NCBI RefSeq assembly: GCF_001194135.2
Contig: NC_069005.1
Coordinates: forward strand, 690,521 to 754,520
DNA length: 64,000 nt
Source of the DNA: Octopus bimaculoides
Lineage: Eukaryota
Direction: 5' to 3'
Both the position numbers and the translations under genes were made by a program. Positions 37,701-49,863 of the stretch are shown piece by piece (within the stretch, counting starts at the first letter, position 1; each line of letters opens with the position of its first letter). Below the pieces are notes generated by a model. That model ran no database searches, was not told the origin of the DNA, and saw only the letters and a list, made by a program, of their open reading frames with translations.

Positions 37701-39266
37701 ATGTTCATAGTTTGCTGCTTGCCGACAGCTTGATTGTCTGCAAAGAAACGGAAATAGAAATCAATAATGCATCAATAATAGAAATCCTTTCTGTTACAGG
37801 CACAAGGCCTGATATTTGAGAGGAGGGCGAAACTTACTTCTTGGTGACGCAATTGAAAAATAATGATGTTACACCACATATTTTTCCTTCACCTTCACTG
37901 AAAAATTCTTTCAATGCCTCTTTCTCAGCTTGAATCTCCTCCTGGAAAAAAAAGAGAAAAGGAAACATCCAAGTTAATCAACAGCAACAGAGGTAAGTTT
38001 ATTAGAGGAACACCATATAAGGAAACAAAGACAGCAGGAGTATGGGGGGGGGGGGTGTCTAAGACAAAGAAAAAATGCGTACGTATATGTGTGTATATTT
38101 TAAACGAGCTGAGCCTGTCCCATGTAGACGTGATTTCTCATACCTGTAATTTATGTGGGGCAAATTGACAGGACTGAGTGTTGGCTAGACCGTCTCACAG
38201 ATGTTCAAATCACACCAGGATCCACTTCATTTCAGGGTCAATAAATAAGATTCCGCATAACGGATCATATTCAACTCATTTCTTTCCAATCAAATTCCAG
38301 ATACAACAAACACGAGCAAGGCATCTGATGGTGGATCCGACAGAGCAGTGGATAGATTGCTTTGCAATAATCATTCTGGCTCTTGACAATCTGAGATGCC
38401 AGCTTTGTCTTTGATTCTTCTAAGGTTAACAAAACACAAGACCAGTCCTGGACTGGAGCCAATCTTTCCCTTTCTAACTTTTTGTCAGTCTATCTCTCTT
38501 CTGGAAGAAACTGTCTGTTATCAGGCCCAGGGAAGGATGGCTCCACCAAGTCTACAACTGTTCAAGACACATCATAAATGGCAACGGCACTGCTACAACT
38601 CCATCAAGAAGTAGAAAGCTCAAAGCAAGACAGGGCAAGATATGAAGAAAGTAAGGCCTTATTAAGGCTGGTTCCAAAGAATTTTTTTGGCTTCCTTCCG
38701 GCAAATAAGTCTATTCAGTCAGCAGCAACATATCCATTATCATCATTTTAACATCTCCTTTGCCATGCTGGCATGGGTTGGACAGATTCTAAACCCCTGA
38801 GCCTCCAATCTTGTAATCAGTCTCATAAAACAACTACAAACTCTTCAAACAAGTTTCAAGAACTCACGTCGGAAAGCTCAACAGAATGAAACTCAATAAT
38901 AGCCATCACACCCCCTCTGCTGCTGGTCCTCACAGTCAACTGCCTCCAATATCCTTCGTGAGTTTGGGCATCATAAACGGAATATTTACTTTGACGCACA
39001 TATTCTTGGAAAACCTTAGGAAGAAATTTAAAAAGAAAAAAACAATATTTAAACAAATAATTCAATTCAATGGAAGGAGATGCTATCAAAATAGACATTA
39101 ATTTCCAGAGAAACATATGCAAGCCTATTGCACAGGTAATAACATGGAAGGTGTTTTTTCAAGAGAAAAATGAACAAACTAAACAAGAATGAAAATTATG
39201 GCACATTTAAAACGAGTATAAGATGATGAAGAAAAAGAAAAGTAACAAATTATAAATAATAATGAG

Positions 39267-39307
<41 letters not shown>

Positions 39308-42300
39308 GAGGCAGCTTACTTTAGCAACTTTTTTCATGGCCTCAGGAAGGATATCACAAAGAGATGGTTCTCCAACTGCACTAGAACCATCTCGGTAACT
39401 ACCAAGCCGGAATCCAACTATTTTCTCTGGAAAAAAAAATAATAATATATATTACGACAACATATAATGTTAACTCCTCTGTGTGTGTGTGTGTACATAA
39501 ACACACATTCTTTTTTTCTTTTACTTGTTTCAGTCATTTGACTGTGGCCATGCTGGAGCACCACCTTTAGTCAAGCAAATCAACTCTAGGGATTATACTT
39601 TGTAAGCCCAGTACTTATTCTATCGGCCCTTTTGCCGAACCGCTAAGTTATGGGGACATAAATACACTAGCATCGGTTGTCAAATAATGTTGGAGGAACA
39701 AACACAGACACACACACATATATATATATATATATATGTGAAATCCATCACATACACCTGTAACAGACTGTCGTCCACAAGAACCTGTTAGCATGAAAGT
39801 CATGATTGTTACAAACAACTGCAGTGTCCACCCACCTCATCTGTTTGTCACCTTGAGTTGACAGGCTCAACAGCAAGTACACCAAACAGGAACATCAAAT
39901 GCTCCACTTTAATAGGTCCATCAAGAGCATAAGGCCAACCAGGACTCAAAATCCGCTGTTGAACCCTTTCAGAATTTACAGAATCATCCCTTCACATGTT
40001 GAGGAAGTAAAAGCTATTTTTAGAAACAAAATGTTAAGAAAGTCAAAGAAAAAAAAAACCCAAATAGAACTTACCAGATCCTTCGTGGTTTGTACCAATT
40101 GTAAACTCTGACTTATTACGATAACCAGTTAGTAATGGCTGTGGATTGAAAAAATACAAGTGAAAGCAAGAAATGCCTGGGAGAGAGAGAAATGGATAGT
40201 GAAGAAAAGAATTATGTTGATAAATATATACAAGGGGGTACCTGAGCATTTCACTTAGACAAACTGATGGAAACTAGTAGATACATTACAGAATTGCATA
40301 TGTATATAATATGTGTATATATAGTTAGAGTCCAATGAACATTACATAAAGAGTGGACAATCTGACCTTTTGGACACAGTCCTTCTTTGTTGAAAAGTTG
40401 AGAGGAAAGAAATTAATAAGACACAGCAGAGGTTTCCATCCTCAACTGAATTGCAGCCAGTTTTTTCTGTTTTGTAAAACTCTGCTGTCCTTCATTCATT
40501 TCTCTCTCTCTTCAATTTTTTCCCCTGAAGAAGGACTCTGTCCAAAATGTTGCATCTTCCAATCCTCACAGCAAGTTCACTAGATTCCTTTTTTTTTATT
40601 GATTTTACTGTATAAGTGTTGCTGACACAGACCAATGCCAACCTCTTAGGAGTCTGAAGAAGAGAAAGAGTCAAAAAATCACTCACGGAAGGCTGAATGG
40701 CAAGAATCTCACAAATGTTATCTGAAAAGAGTCGTCTGTAAAATAAGAAAGAAATCAAATAAATGATTCAGAAGAGAATTTCAGAAGATAAAACTGGGAA
40801 GCCAGTAATTTGATGAAATTAATTTTGTTAATTACACTGAAAGATGCTGTTGTCTTAAAAGACAATAATTAAATTACTGTGAAAATATTAATTGTAGTAA
40901 ATCCCTAACAAATCTCTCCCCTTATTCTCCTAAACTCTTATCTACCCACTTACCCAGGCAAACCCCGCTCCACCACTTCAGTTATACTCACCCCCACCCC
41001 AATAACTTGAGAGTATGCTTCTTTCAGTTTCCGTCTACAACACAAGGCACTGGTTGGCTCAGGGCCCATAGTACAAAACACTTGCCAAAGTGCCACGAAG
41101 TGGGATTGAACTTGAAACCATGTGGTTGCAAAGGGAATTTCTGATCCACACAGCCAAGCCACCACCTAATTAAATGACAAAATGAAACCACAAAAAAATA
41201 ACTAAAAAGATATTTACTTTTGTTCGTTGATCCATTTCTTGAGATCTGGGCAGTTGTGTAAGAGTTCCTTAGTCCATCGTTTCATAACATTTTTTATATC
41301 GTCAAACTTTCGCTGCAATCAAAGAAAAAAAAAGACAACTGGAAAAATTATAGGAACCATCATAAAACAATGTTTCTGAGTGACTTTGTGGTCAAGGTGT
41401 TGCATTTGCAATCACTAGATCATGGTTTCAATTCCCACACTGGGCACTGTGGGGTGTTCTTGAACAAAACACTTTAAAGGTAATCTTGTCATTACATTAA
41501 TTAAGTAGGTTCCACTGGCAATACTAATACCGAATCCCTGTTGAGGGATTCGGTTTACAACCAGAACTCAAAGCTGGTCGTAGAGTAAGGACTACTGCAG
41601 TTAGGTGCCGCAGTTGTGTTGGTCATGTATTTAGGAAAGACAGCAGTTTGAATAAACTGCATTTTTTATAGGGTTTGGGTCATTGAGGGCATTCAGAAAA
41701 CATTGTTTACCTTTAGTTGTTCCTCATACGTTAGGTCATGTAGTGGCATCACAGCTTTTCTGACTCTGAAATGATAATAAAAATAACGAGCCCTACAGAT
41801 TGGTTTTTATGGAATAACCTTGCAAGTTTAATTTCTATGCAACGAGTCAGGACCTTCTTTTCAACGCCAACCATTTCACAGAGTGGACCAGCTTCTCACT
41901 ATGTGGTACCAGTATGAGTGAGGCTACCAAGACAAGATCCCATAACTGAAGGGAGGGAGTTTTGAAGGAGGAGGCTTCACACCAAGTGATGAGTGGTTAG
42001 AGTATAAGAGGACAAGAACAGGTTGTATTGCTGTAGAGGAGATACATAGCTACCCCAGTTGGAAGAAGAGGAGGATACATCGGGGTATATACCCTCAACA
42101 TAGAGCCAAGTTTACACTTACATAAACCACCACAAACCTCATCATCTTAACATCTACTTGCATTGAGTCAGATGGAATGCATTAAAATCGATTTTCTTTG
42201 GCTGGAAGCCCTTCCTAGCACCAAACAAGGGAATATTTTCCTCAGTGTTCCAGGAAGACTGGCAACAAATGACACCCATTTTACTACAATCATGCAATGT

Positions 42301-45300
42301 CAAAGCAAGGAGACACAAACACACACACACACTCAGACAATAAGCTTCTTTCACTTTCCATCTACCAAATCCACTCACAAGGCACTGGTTGGCCTGAGGC
42401 TATAATAGAAGACCGAATGTGATATCAAGTGCTTGGGAGGCAGACTTAACCACACAACCATGCTTGCATTTTCATATATACATATATATATGTATGTGTG
42501 AAAACTTGTTAATTTGTGGGCAGAAGGTCTTAGAATTGCATTTTCAGGTGATTTAAAAGATGACATTTGTAACTTACCTTTCGTCGAGGGTCAGTCCATC
42601 ATTAGTGTCCACCAAGTCTTCCGATTCCTTAAACTTCTTAGCACTAGGTTCATCATTGGTTAATCCTGTAAAACCAACAGGGATAAGTTGAATCAAACTG
42701 AACGAAAGAGAAACACTTTCATAGCAGTTGGTTCTCATCTTTTCAAACAAAGCTTATTTATTTGCACTGCCTCAAATTAGTCAATGATGTGATTGTGTAT
42801 TTTTTGAATGACATTGTAAGGTAGGTGTGAGAGGCTGGATCTGACCAACCTGGACATAAAACAAGTACAATATTTGGGCCAGATATGGCCGGTTTCAATG
42901 GTAAAGAGTTAATGTCCATTAAAAAGTTCTCTCTATATTTCTGGATTAATAAGCCTTTACCACAAACTCATGCAATAACTTGAGGCAAGCAAGAGCAACG
43001 GCATAACACACGAGTTCAATTCCTAACCAAGTGACAAGTAATACGTTGATGATAACAATGAAAAATATAAGCAACTAAATTGGGAAACATTTGAACTTAC
43101 CAAAAGATTTTCGCTTTAAAACCAAAGGATCAGCAGTTGGATGGGATTTCTGAAAAAGAATTTAAAAAATGGTAATAGATAAGGCTTTAAAGATTAAAGA
43201 TTTCCAATGGCCAAATGTCTCTCGTTCTCAAAACAAGTAAAAGCAAATCTGATGCAATAAAGTGAACCAACCTTAGCAGTGACGTCATGTCCTTTCCATT
43301 GGAATCGATTCAAGATTTTCAAAGCCTTCTCACGTGCTTCTTCATCCCTATCAACACAGACAAAAAAAAAAAAAACAACAAAATTATGAACTGCATCATA
43401 TTCATAAATGGAATTGTCCATTTTAACCTTGTCTCATTCTTATTTCTGAACCTTCCCAATAAGCTTCCTTGTTTTACCTTAGCACTGGCTACGTCCACTT
43501 GCAATTCACAAGACATTATTATTTTTATTTATATCAACACATTTGTCTTTCTTGTCAACCTGTTTTTGCCAGGCCATTTTTGCAGTTCATTACTTGGCAT
43601 AAATCAACACTACACACTGACCAGAGCACATCTAGCCCTAACCCTTTTCTCAACTTCAACAGATTTTCTCTTCTCATTCCAAGTCACATCATACTCCCAC
43701 AATTTTCCCCCTTTCCATGGACAGAGAGAAAGCTATTCTGGCCAATAACAATTCCATGCATTTTAGTTCATACTTTATATATTTATACACTTTAACTACA
43801 ACTACTTCTAACAATTACATCAACTGTACTGGCCTCTTCCTTCATCCTTTAACTTCTCATCTCCTAAAACTACCTTCCTCAAGCACCCACTCAACTGAAG
43901 GGGATCTTATTAATGTGCAAATGAGAAATGGAGGTGAAAAACATCTTTACCTGAACGTGACGAAAGCAAAACCTTTGTGTGGGAAACCTTTCACTTTGAT
44001 TGGGTTCAGGTCAAGGTTGACCAGCTTCCTTTTCAGTTCCTGGGGAGAAAAAAAAAAAAGAAAGAAAATATAAACAATACAGATAAATAGAAATTGAAAA
44101 TGTTCATTGTTTAAAGGACCTGACATGCACACACACACACACACATACACACCACCATCACTTTCCAAGCTTGTATAGGATGAGGTGGAATTTGCTGAGG
44201 TAGATTTTCAATGACCAGATGCTCTTCCTGTCTGGATATGTTTTCAAGGAAGAGTAGAAATAAATAACATTGCTCTTGTGAAACTCATTTACGTTTATTA
44301 TTTAATCAAAGCAAGGACACGGACACACACATGCCTGGCTTCTCTGATGAAGATATTGTGACTTTGCTGTGTGGAACTACCAAAATTTGTATTTGTTAAC
44401 ATGTTGCCTTTGTTTATATATATATATATATATACCTACAATACTAACTTAATATTAAACTTCCTTGCATAATGTACATGGTTATATCAACCAGTCATCA
44501 ATTATCCAAAACAGCTGTAAAGATAGGACTTGTATGCACCTCTTCCTATAAATACATTCCTCACTGCTTTTCTACTTGTATACACACTGTATGTATGTAT
44601 GTATGTATGTATGTATATATCTATCTAGCCGCCGCCACCACCATCCAAAGTCCATGCTGGCAAACATTGAATGATGTGACTGGATCTGATGAGTCCAAGA
44701 ACTGCTTCATGGTCCAGTGTCTGCTTTGGCAAGATTTCTGCAGCTGGATGCTCTTCCTAATGTCAACCACTTTACAGGGGGCACCGGGTGCTTTTCTCAT
44801 ACCACCAGCATTATGTATGTATGCATGTAGAACATGGGCTTCATATACGATGGGATTCCTTCAATCCCCATGTACCAATTCCATTCATAAGCTTTGGCAG
44901 GCCCAAGGCTATAATAGGAGAGACTTGTCTCAGATGCCACACGGCGGCATTGAACCTAAAACCATGCAGCTGGGAAACAAGCTTCTTCACCACACAGCCA
45001 CCCTATTCCTATCCTCGCCTGCACATGTTTAAGCAGAGATAATTACACGTAACCTAAAAAAACCTCATCAAATAAGTGTATGTAATTAAATATAGACAAT
45101 TGTATGTAGGTCTACGAACACCAAATAAGGACAAGTAATCAGATGTAGAGATAATTGCTTGTAGACTAAAAAAAGCAGTTTGCTAACAGTAGAGAGAAAC
45201 GGTAAAGAAAATGGATTGGATTAACGAGATCAAATTATTATTGCCAGTAACGACTAGATTTTAGACCACACAAATATAGACTCATAAGAAGATGACAAGA

Positions 45301-45857
45301 GATACTTTGTTATGGAAACATGCCTGGTCTATGGAAGGGGAAAATGGCTACATTGATGATGATGATGATGAAAATGGTGGTGGTGGCGGCAGTGGTGACT
45401 GATTGCATACAAAGCAGTTGCATGTTTTAATTAAGACCAGCAAAAATCTTAGTAGAAGATGAAGGAAAACCTGACTTACAGAGAAACCAAACCTTGGTAA
45501 ATTTTGTATTTCTATCTTGAAAATCTCAGAAGTGAACTCATCTCTTTTGATGTAGGAATATTCATCCTGAATCACAGAAATCTTCTTAGAATTTACATCT
45601 TGATCACATTTGGAACTTTCTGTAGGTTTTGACTCTTCATTTGTCATTGTCACATCAGGAGATTTTGTACATTCTGCAAGCGTGGACTCTTGATTGTCTG
45701 CTAATTTTTCTTCACATGCTACCAATTCGTTACCATTTTTGATATGTTCCACACCAGTTTCAGTCGTTAAAGAACTGTCGTGGTTATTTTCCACTGAACT
45801 TCCAACACTACCAACGGCATCGTTACTGGCTTCTTTTTCTGCACTAACTTCCATCAT
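31784..45857 (-). CDS. TRMT2A: tRNA (uracil-5-)-methyltransferase homolog A, canonical copy ('copy A'), 19 coding exons, about 765 aa (last exon crosses a 10-N gap)
   Basis: GT-AG exons in consistent phase: 45857-45480, 44039-43951, 43347-43272, 43149-43101, 42665-42578, 41765-41711, 41312-41218, 40735-40687, 40138-40075, 39426-39320, 39014-38868, 37941-37838, 37737-37686, 36105-36045, 35013-34892, 34634-34559, 33721-33605, 33214-33118, 32254-31784. RRM region: [44 protein letters not shown]. Methyltransferase motifs: [66 protein letters not shown]. All match TRMT2A/TrmA-family motifs from memory. AATAAA on the minus strand at 31615-31620. Confidence 0.96.
31810..32133 (-). repeat. Coding minisatellite in the last exon of TRMT2A: 18-nt unit (36-nt higher-order), peptide xEPExV ([18 protein letters not shown])
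   Basis: Repeated gaaccagagaaagtctgt / gaaccagaggcagttcag on the minus strand, about 17 visible hexapeptide units. A 10-N gap at 32051-32060 is flanked by the same gaactgc, consistent with a collapsed array. Confidence 0.9.
34643..34734. repeat. Perfect 42-nt direct repeat (period 50) just upstream of the TRMT2A exon 16 acceptor
   Basis: ttcaatagaatagaattacatatgtgaagacatgaaagacaa at 34643-34684 and 34693-34734. Confidence 0.9.
42780..42910 (-). mobile_element. Second MITE-like dispersed repeat (agatctggcctctcacacctaccctacaatgtcattc core)
   Basis: The same core recurs at about 12290-12445(-), 15160-15330(+), 33440-33560(+) and 59770-59870(-). Confidence 0.6.
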
Positions 45858-45920
45858 GGCATCAATATTCAGATCACAGCCTGACTTTTTGGTCTCTTTT
45901 TAGTAATTTTGTTTTTGATT

Positions 45921-48900
45921 CTAGAAAGAAAAAAAAAAAAAAACTAAAAGTAAACAAAATAACAAAACATTGATAGAAGAACATAAAAGTTAGGTGCAAG
46001 CATGGCTATGTGGTTAAGAAGTTTGCCTTCCAACCACATAGTTCAGGGTTCAGTCCCATCATGTGGCATCTTAGGTAAGTATTTTCCACTATAATAACCA
46101 AAGGCCGACCAATGTCAGATGGAAACTGAGGAAGCCCACAGCATCTCGTATATATGTGTGGGGGTTGTTGTTTGTCTATGCCCCCCCCACTCCTTGATAA
46201 CTGAAGAGGGTTTCTTTACAGCCTCAAAATCTAATGGCTTTGGGCAAAGAGATCAACAGAAGAACAACTTCCGGGTCATCTCTACTAAATGTCACCACTC
46301 TGTTCTATTCGTATGTCAAGTGAAGACGGTGCCACCTTTATCCTTTCTAGACAGCACCGTGCATTCCTTACTCTTTCCCTCCCTTCTACGCTATCAACTA
46401 GCAACCAGTGAGCAAACTTGTCACTGCCACGTCAATTACTGTATTTTCTGGTGTATAAGCCACTAGTTGCTTTGTTTTACCTTCATGTTTTGATAATGTT
46501 ATTTTTAATCTAATAAAGACTTTTATATTAACAAAATGTGTTTGTTGTTTGATTACAGTAAGATAAAATCATGACAATAACAATACTTCTCATAGTTGTA
46601 AAATAAGGCATTTTGAAACTAAATACATTCGTCAACAACAAAAAGGCTGGCTGCAGACTCGTAGCTCTAAAAGTCTTTTAAACACTGGTGCGCTTTGTAT
46701 GTGGATAAAACATTGAAGTTGGGCAAACAAATGAATATATGTGTAAATATTATATTTTTCCCTTCCTGGTGTTGATTCTTCGATGTTTATTGGTTGCTCT
46801 GATGCGAGAACAAAGAAAAAGCGTGTAATATGCAACACAGGCAGTAAACAAAAGATAAAATGGAACAGAATGGTGACTGGTGACATTTAGTGGGGATGAC
46901 CCAGAAGTTGTTCTTTCTCGATTACGATCGCAAACAGCAGTTGCTTTCTTCAACTGAATACACGGTGATTGGTCAAAATTACTCAAATACAACTTTAACA
47001 CGAAATAACTTCTAAAATACGAAATTTTGTCAAAAATGTTCAAAGTAGACCGTGTTCTGCATAAGACATTCCACCAGTATACGAAGTTTCAAACTGTTTA
47101 GTTAAAAAAAATTGAGAAATCTGTGAGCCAAACTGAACAGATCCCAATGCATTTCCCCCAAACCTTTCCCAATAACTTAACTGTTTTCCGTGTTTCCTTA
47201 AATGAAATATTCTCTCCATTTCTGTGATTGCATTTTGTTCTCCGACCGAAGCCCATCGCTCCCCGTTTCCCGATGGTCTCTTGTTTAGCTCCGAGTCAGC
47301 CTCATTCGAGCAGACTTACTTTGATCAAAAGCTTTTCCAACGGGAATCGACCCAACTTTTCCCTAACCACAAAATACTTAAGATGCCACACTATCCAATG
47401 TTTCATTTCTCTATGACGGTAACGGGAGATTCGGCTATTACTGCCATGGGTTGAAGGACCGATCTAACTACAGATTGATGCCCATTCGAATTTGTTTCCG
47501 TATAACTTTCTGACATATTTTAAAATTAAATTTTAAAGAGGGTAATGTTGGTAACTTTAAAAACCCGTCAGAGATTTTCAGTTTTGGATCATTGTTTTCC
47601 TCCCCTCACGATTTTCCTTCCTCATAACGCTCTTTAAAACGCACACTTTTTAAATGACATTCTACAAAAATACGTTTTCAAAAGCGTACATTACGTAATA
47701 TTGATGATTTAGACATAGGTCTGAAGAGCAAAAAAAAAAAAAAAAAGAGAAAAGTGCTAAAATTACGAAAGTTAATGGTAACGAAATCGGGACAAGGAAA
47801 AAAAAACCGATCCAAAACTTCTTCAAAAAAGCTTTCATCGTCTAAATTTTATCAGCATAAATGTGATTTAAATCCGCGAAAATACATCTCTGAAAAATGT
47901 CATTTAAAAAATATGCACTATATAGAAAGTTGTGAGGAAACAAAGTCGAAGTGGGGCACCAAAATGTAGATAAGCCCGATACTCCGCGTCATTTCTTTAT
48001 AGCCTCAAGGCCTATAGATTAATGATATACATTACTATCAAAATCGACAACGAAAAAAATAATAAATAAATGTCAATAACTACCGTATATAATAAATAAT
48101 TGATTCAGGGAAATAATATATTTAGTGTGATTCTAGTTCCTCGTGTTCCCTACCACATGGCCATGATATCAACCATAATATAATGAATTTATAAAACCGA
48201 TGACGAGGCAAAACAAATATTTCAACTCTGGAGATTTTATCCTATAATAACAAAATAAATATTTAAAATCAATTTGCTAGGGTGATGTGTTTAGTTGATA
48301 TAAAAGAATTCGGATCTCAGCAAATAAATATTTTCGAATAAGGGCGAGTGCAGCAAAGTGGAAAATAGATTTGAAAGAAATACCAAGCAAATCGCAGATA
48401 TCCCCTCAAATTATTTCCCCGATCCTCTTAAATAAAGAACACATTCAACAATGTTGTCTCTTATCTATCTATATACATATTATAAGACAAGATGGTCACA
48501 ACTGAAATGGTTTCGATCATAGATCTAATCGAACAGAAGCTAAACACCGAAGCGATTTCCAGCTTCGTGTTTAATAAACACCATACGTACACAGAAAACA
48601 TATGTAAACGGGTATCCTCGCTTCTACGGTCCTAAGTTCATGTTGGTCTTTTACTAGGGTCCAATAGATAAGCATCTCTGGGGAAGGGGGACACTTATGT
48701 AGGTATATCCTCTATATATATACTATTATTATTTGGGTGGTGGTAAAGAACACGTACACCACCCGTTTTCAGCTGAACAAAAATGCTGACCCTAAACACC
48801 GGGTGGACGTATTCGCCACATGTACTAATTTGTGCCGGCAAGTTTATTAAGGGCAAGAAGTTAAGTCGACCCAAAATAAGGAATTTGAACATAGAACAAG

Positions 48901-49863
48901 AAATACATTAAAATGAGGAATTAATCATTTAAAAAATTAATGAAAATAAAAATACAAACAAAATAATCATCGAAATTGGCAAAAAAAGCGAAGTCCCTGT
49001 CCCTGTGTAACTCAACCAACGAGAAATACATAAATACGTAACATTTATAAGACTGTATATAATAAGGGCAAATTGAATTTAAAAGCATAAAAAGGAAGCG
49101 CAGAAAAAAGAGAAAAATTTGAATTTAAAACCGTAAAAGAAATGAAACAACAAAATATAAACTGCAAAACGCCTCATTAGTAAATGTGATTAAATCTGGG
49201 GGAATAAACGATACTTGAATCATGATTAAATATAAAGATATCGCTTTTAAAATGTATTTAATTCAGAGTTTTATGAAAAAAAGTTCATTTTTGGATGAAT
49301 TAATGTTTTTTTTTTTATCAAGATTTCTCTTTTATAAAATGTTTTGGCGTTTAAAAAGTTGTTTCAGGAGAATATAAAAAGGAAAAAAAAAGTTGTTTTG
49401 CTGAGCTTCCATAGAAAATAGAGCAATAACAATAAACATTTATCTTGTATCTCGTAAATTATTAAATATGAAAAGAGAAAAAGAAATAAATGCTGAGTTA
49501 TTTAGGGAAGACTTTCAACTTTTTACCTTTCGACGTTTCAAGCGTTAAAATATTGTTGTTGTTGGTCAACAAGGTGACACGCATACAGAGCTACAACTTT
49601 TAGTTTATTACAACAGTATTCGCTGTCTTTTTGAATAACTACAAGATATTACAGTTTAAAACGAGAAACATTTTTTCAACACTATATTTAGATCTGTAAA
49701 AATCAAAATTCAATATATTGTATAGGAAAAAATGCAAAACCAAAATAATGGCACTTTCTCCGAAACTACAAAACGACTCGTTAGTTCCCCTGTTTTTGAA
49801 ACCAGCGGGAATCTTTGTCTAGAGGAGATTGTCTTTTATAATCTTTAACCATCTGCATCGAAA
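45921..49863. promoter_or_regulatory. Divergent (putatively bidirectional) promoter region between TRMT2A and RANBP1, including TRMT2A 5'UTR exon(s)
   Basis: The two ATGs are 4007 bp apart and face away from each other. CpG dinucleotides are visibly more frequent than in gene-body introns. The TRMT2A start exon has an acceptor at 45921-45922, so an upstream UTR exon is required; a candidate donor GTAAGT lies near 47318. ATTGG at about 46968 and E2F-like TTTGGCG (49343-49349) and GCGGGAAT (49805-49812) are weak motif matches only. Confidence 0.55.

Noticed and set aside
44683-44720. Hammerhead ribozyme core (CTGATGAGTCC); also CTGATGA near 31636
   Set aside because: No complementary stem II or downstream GAAA; the 44.7 kb site lies within a LINE-tail repeat.
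11088-45857. Two TRMT2A copies as a haplotype or assembly duplication
   Set aside because: The proteins and synonymous sites are far too diverged, intron content is unrelated, and the exon structure differs.
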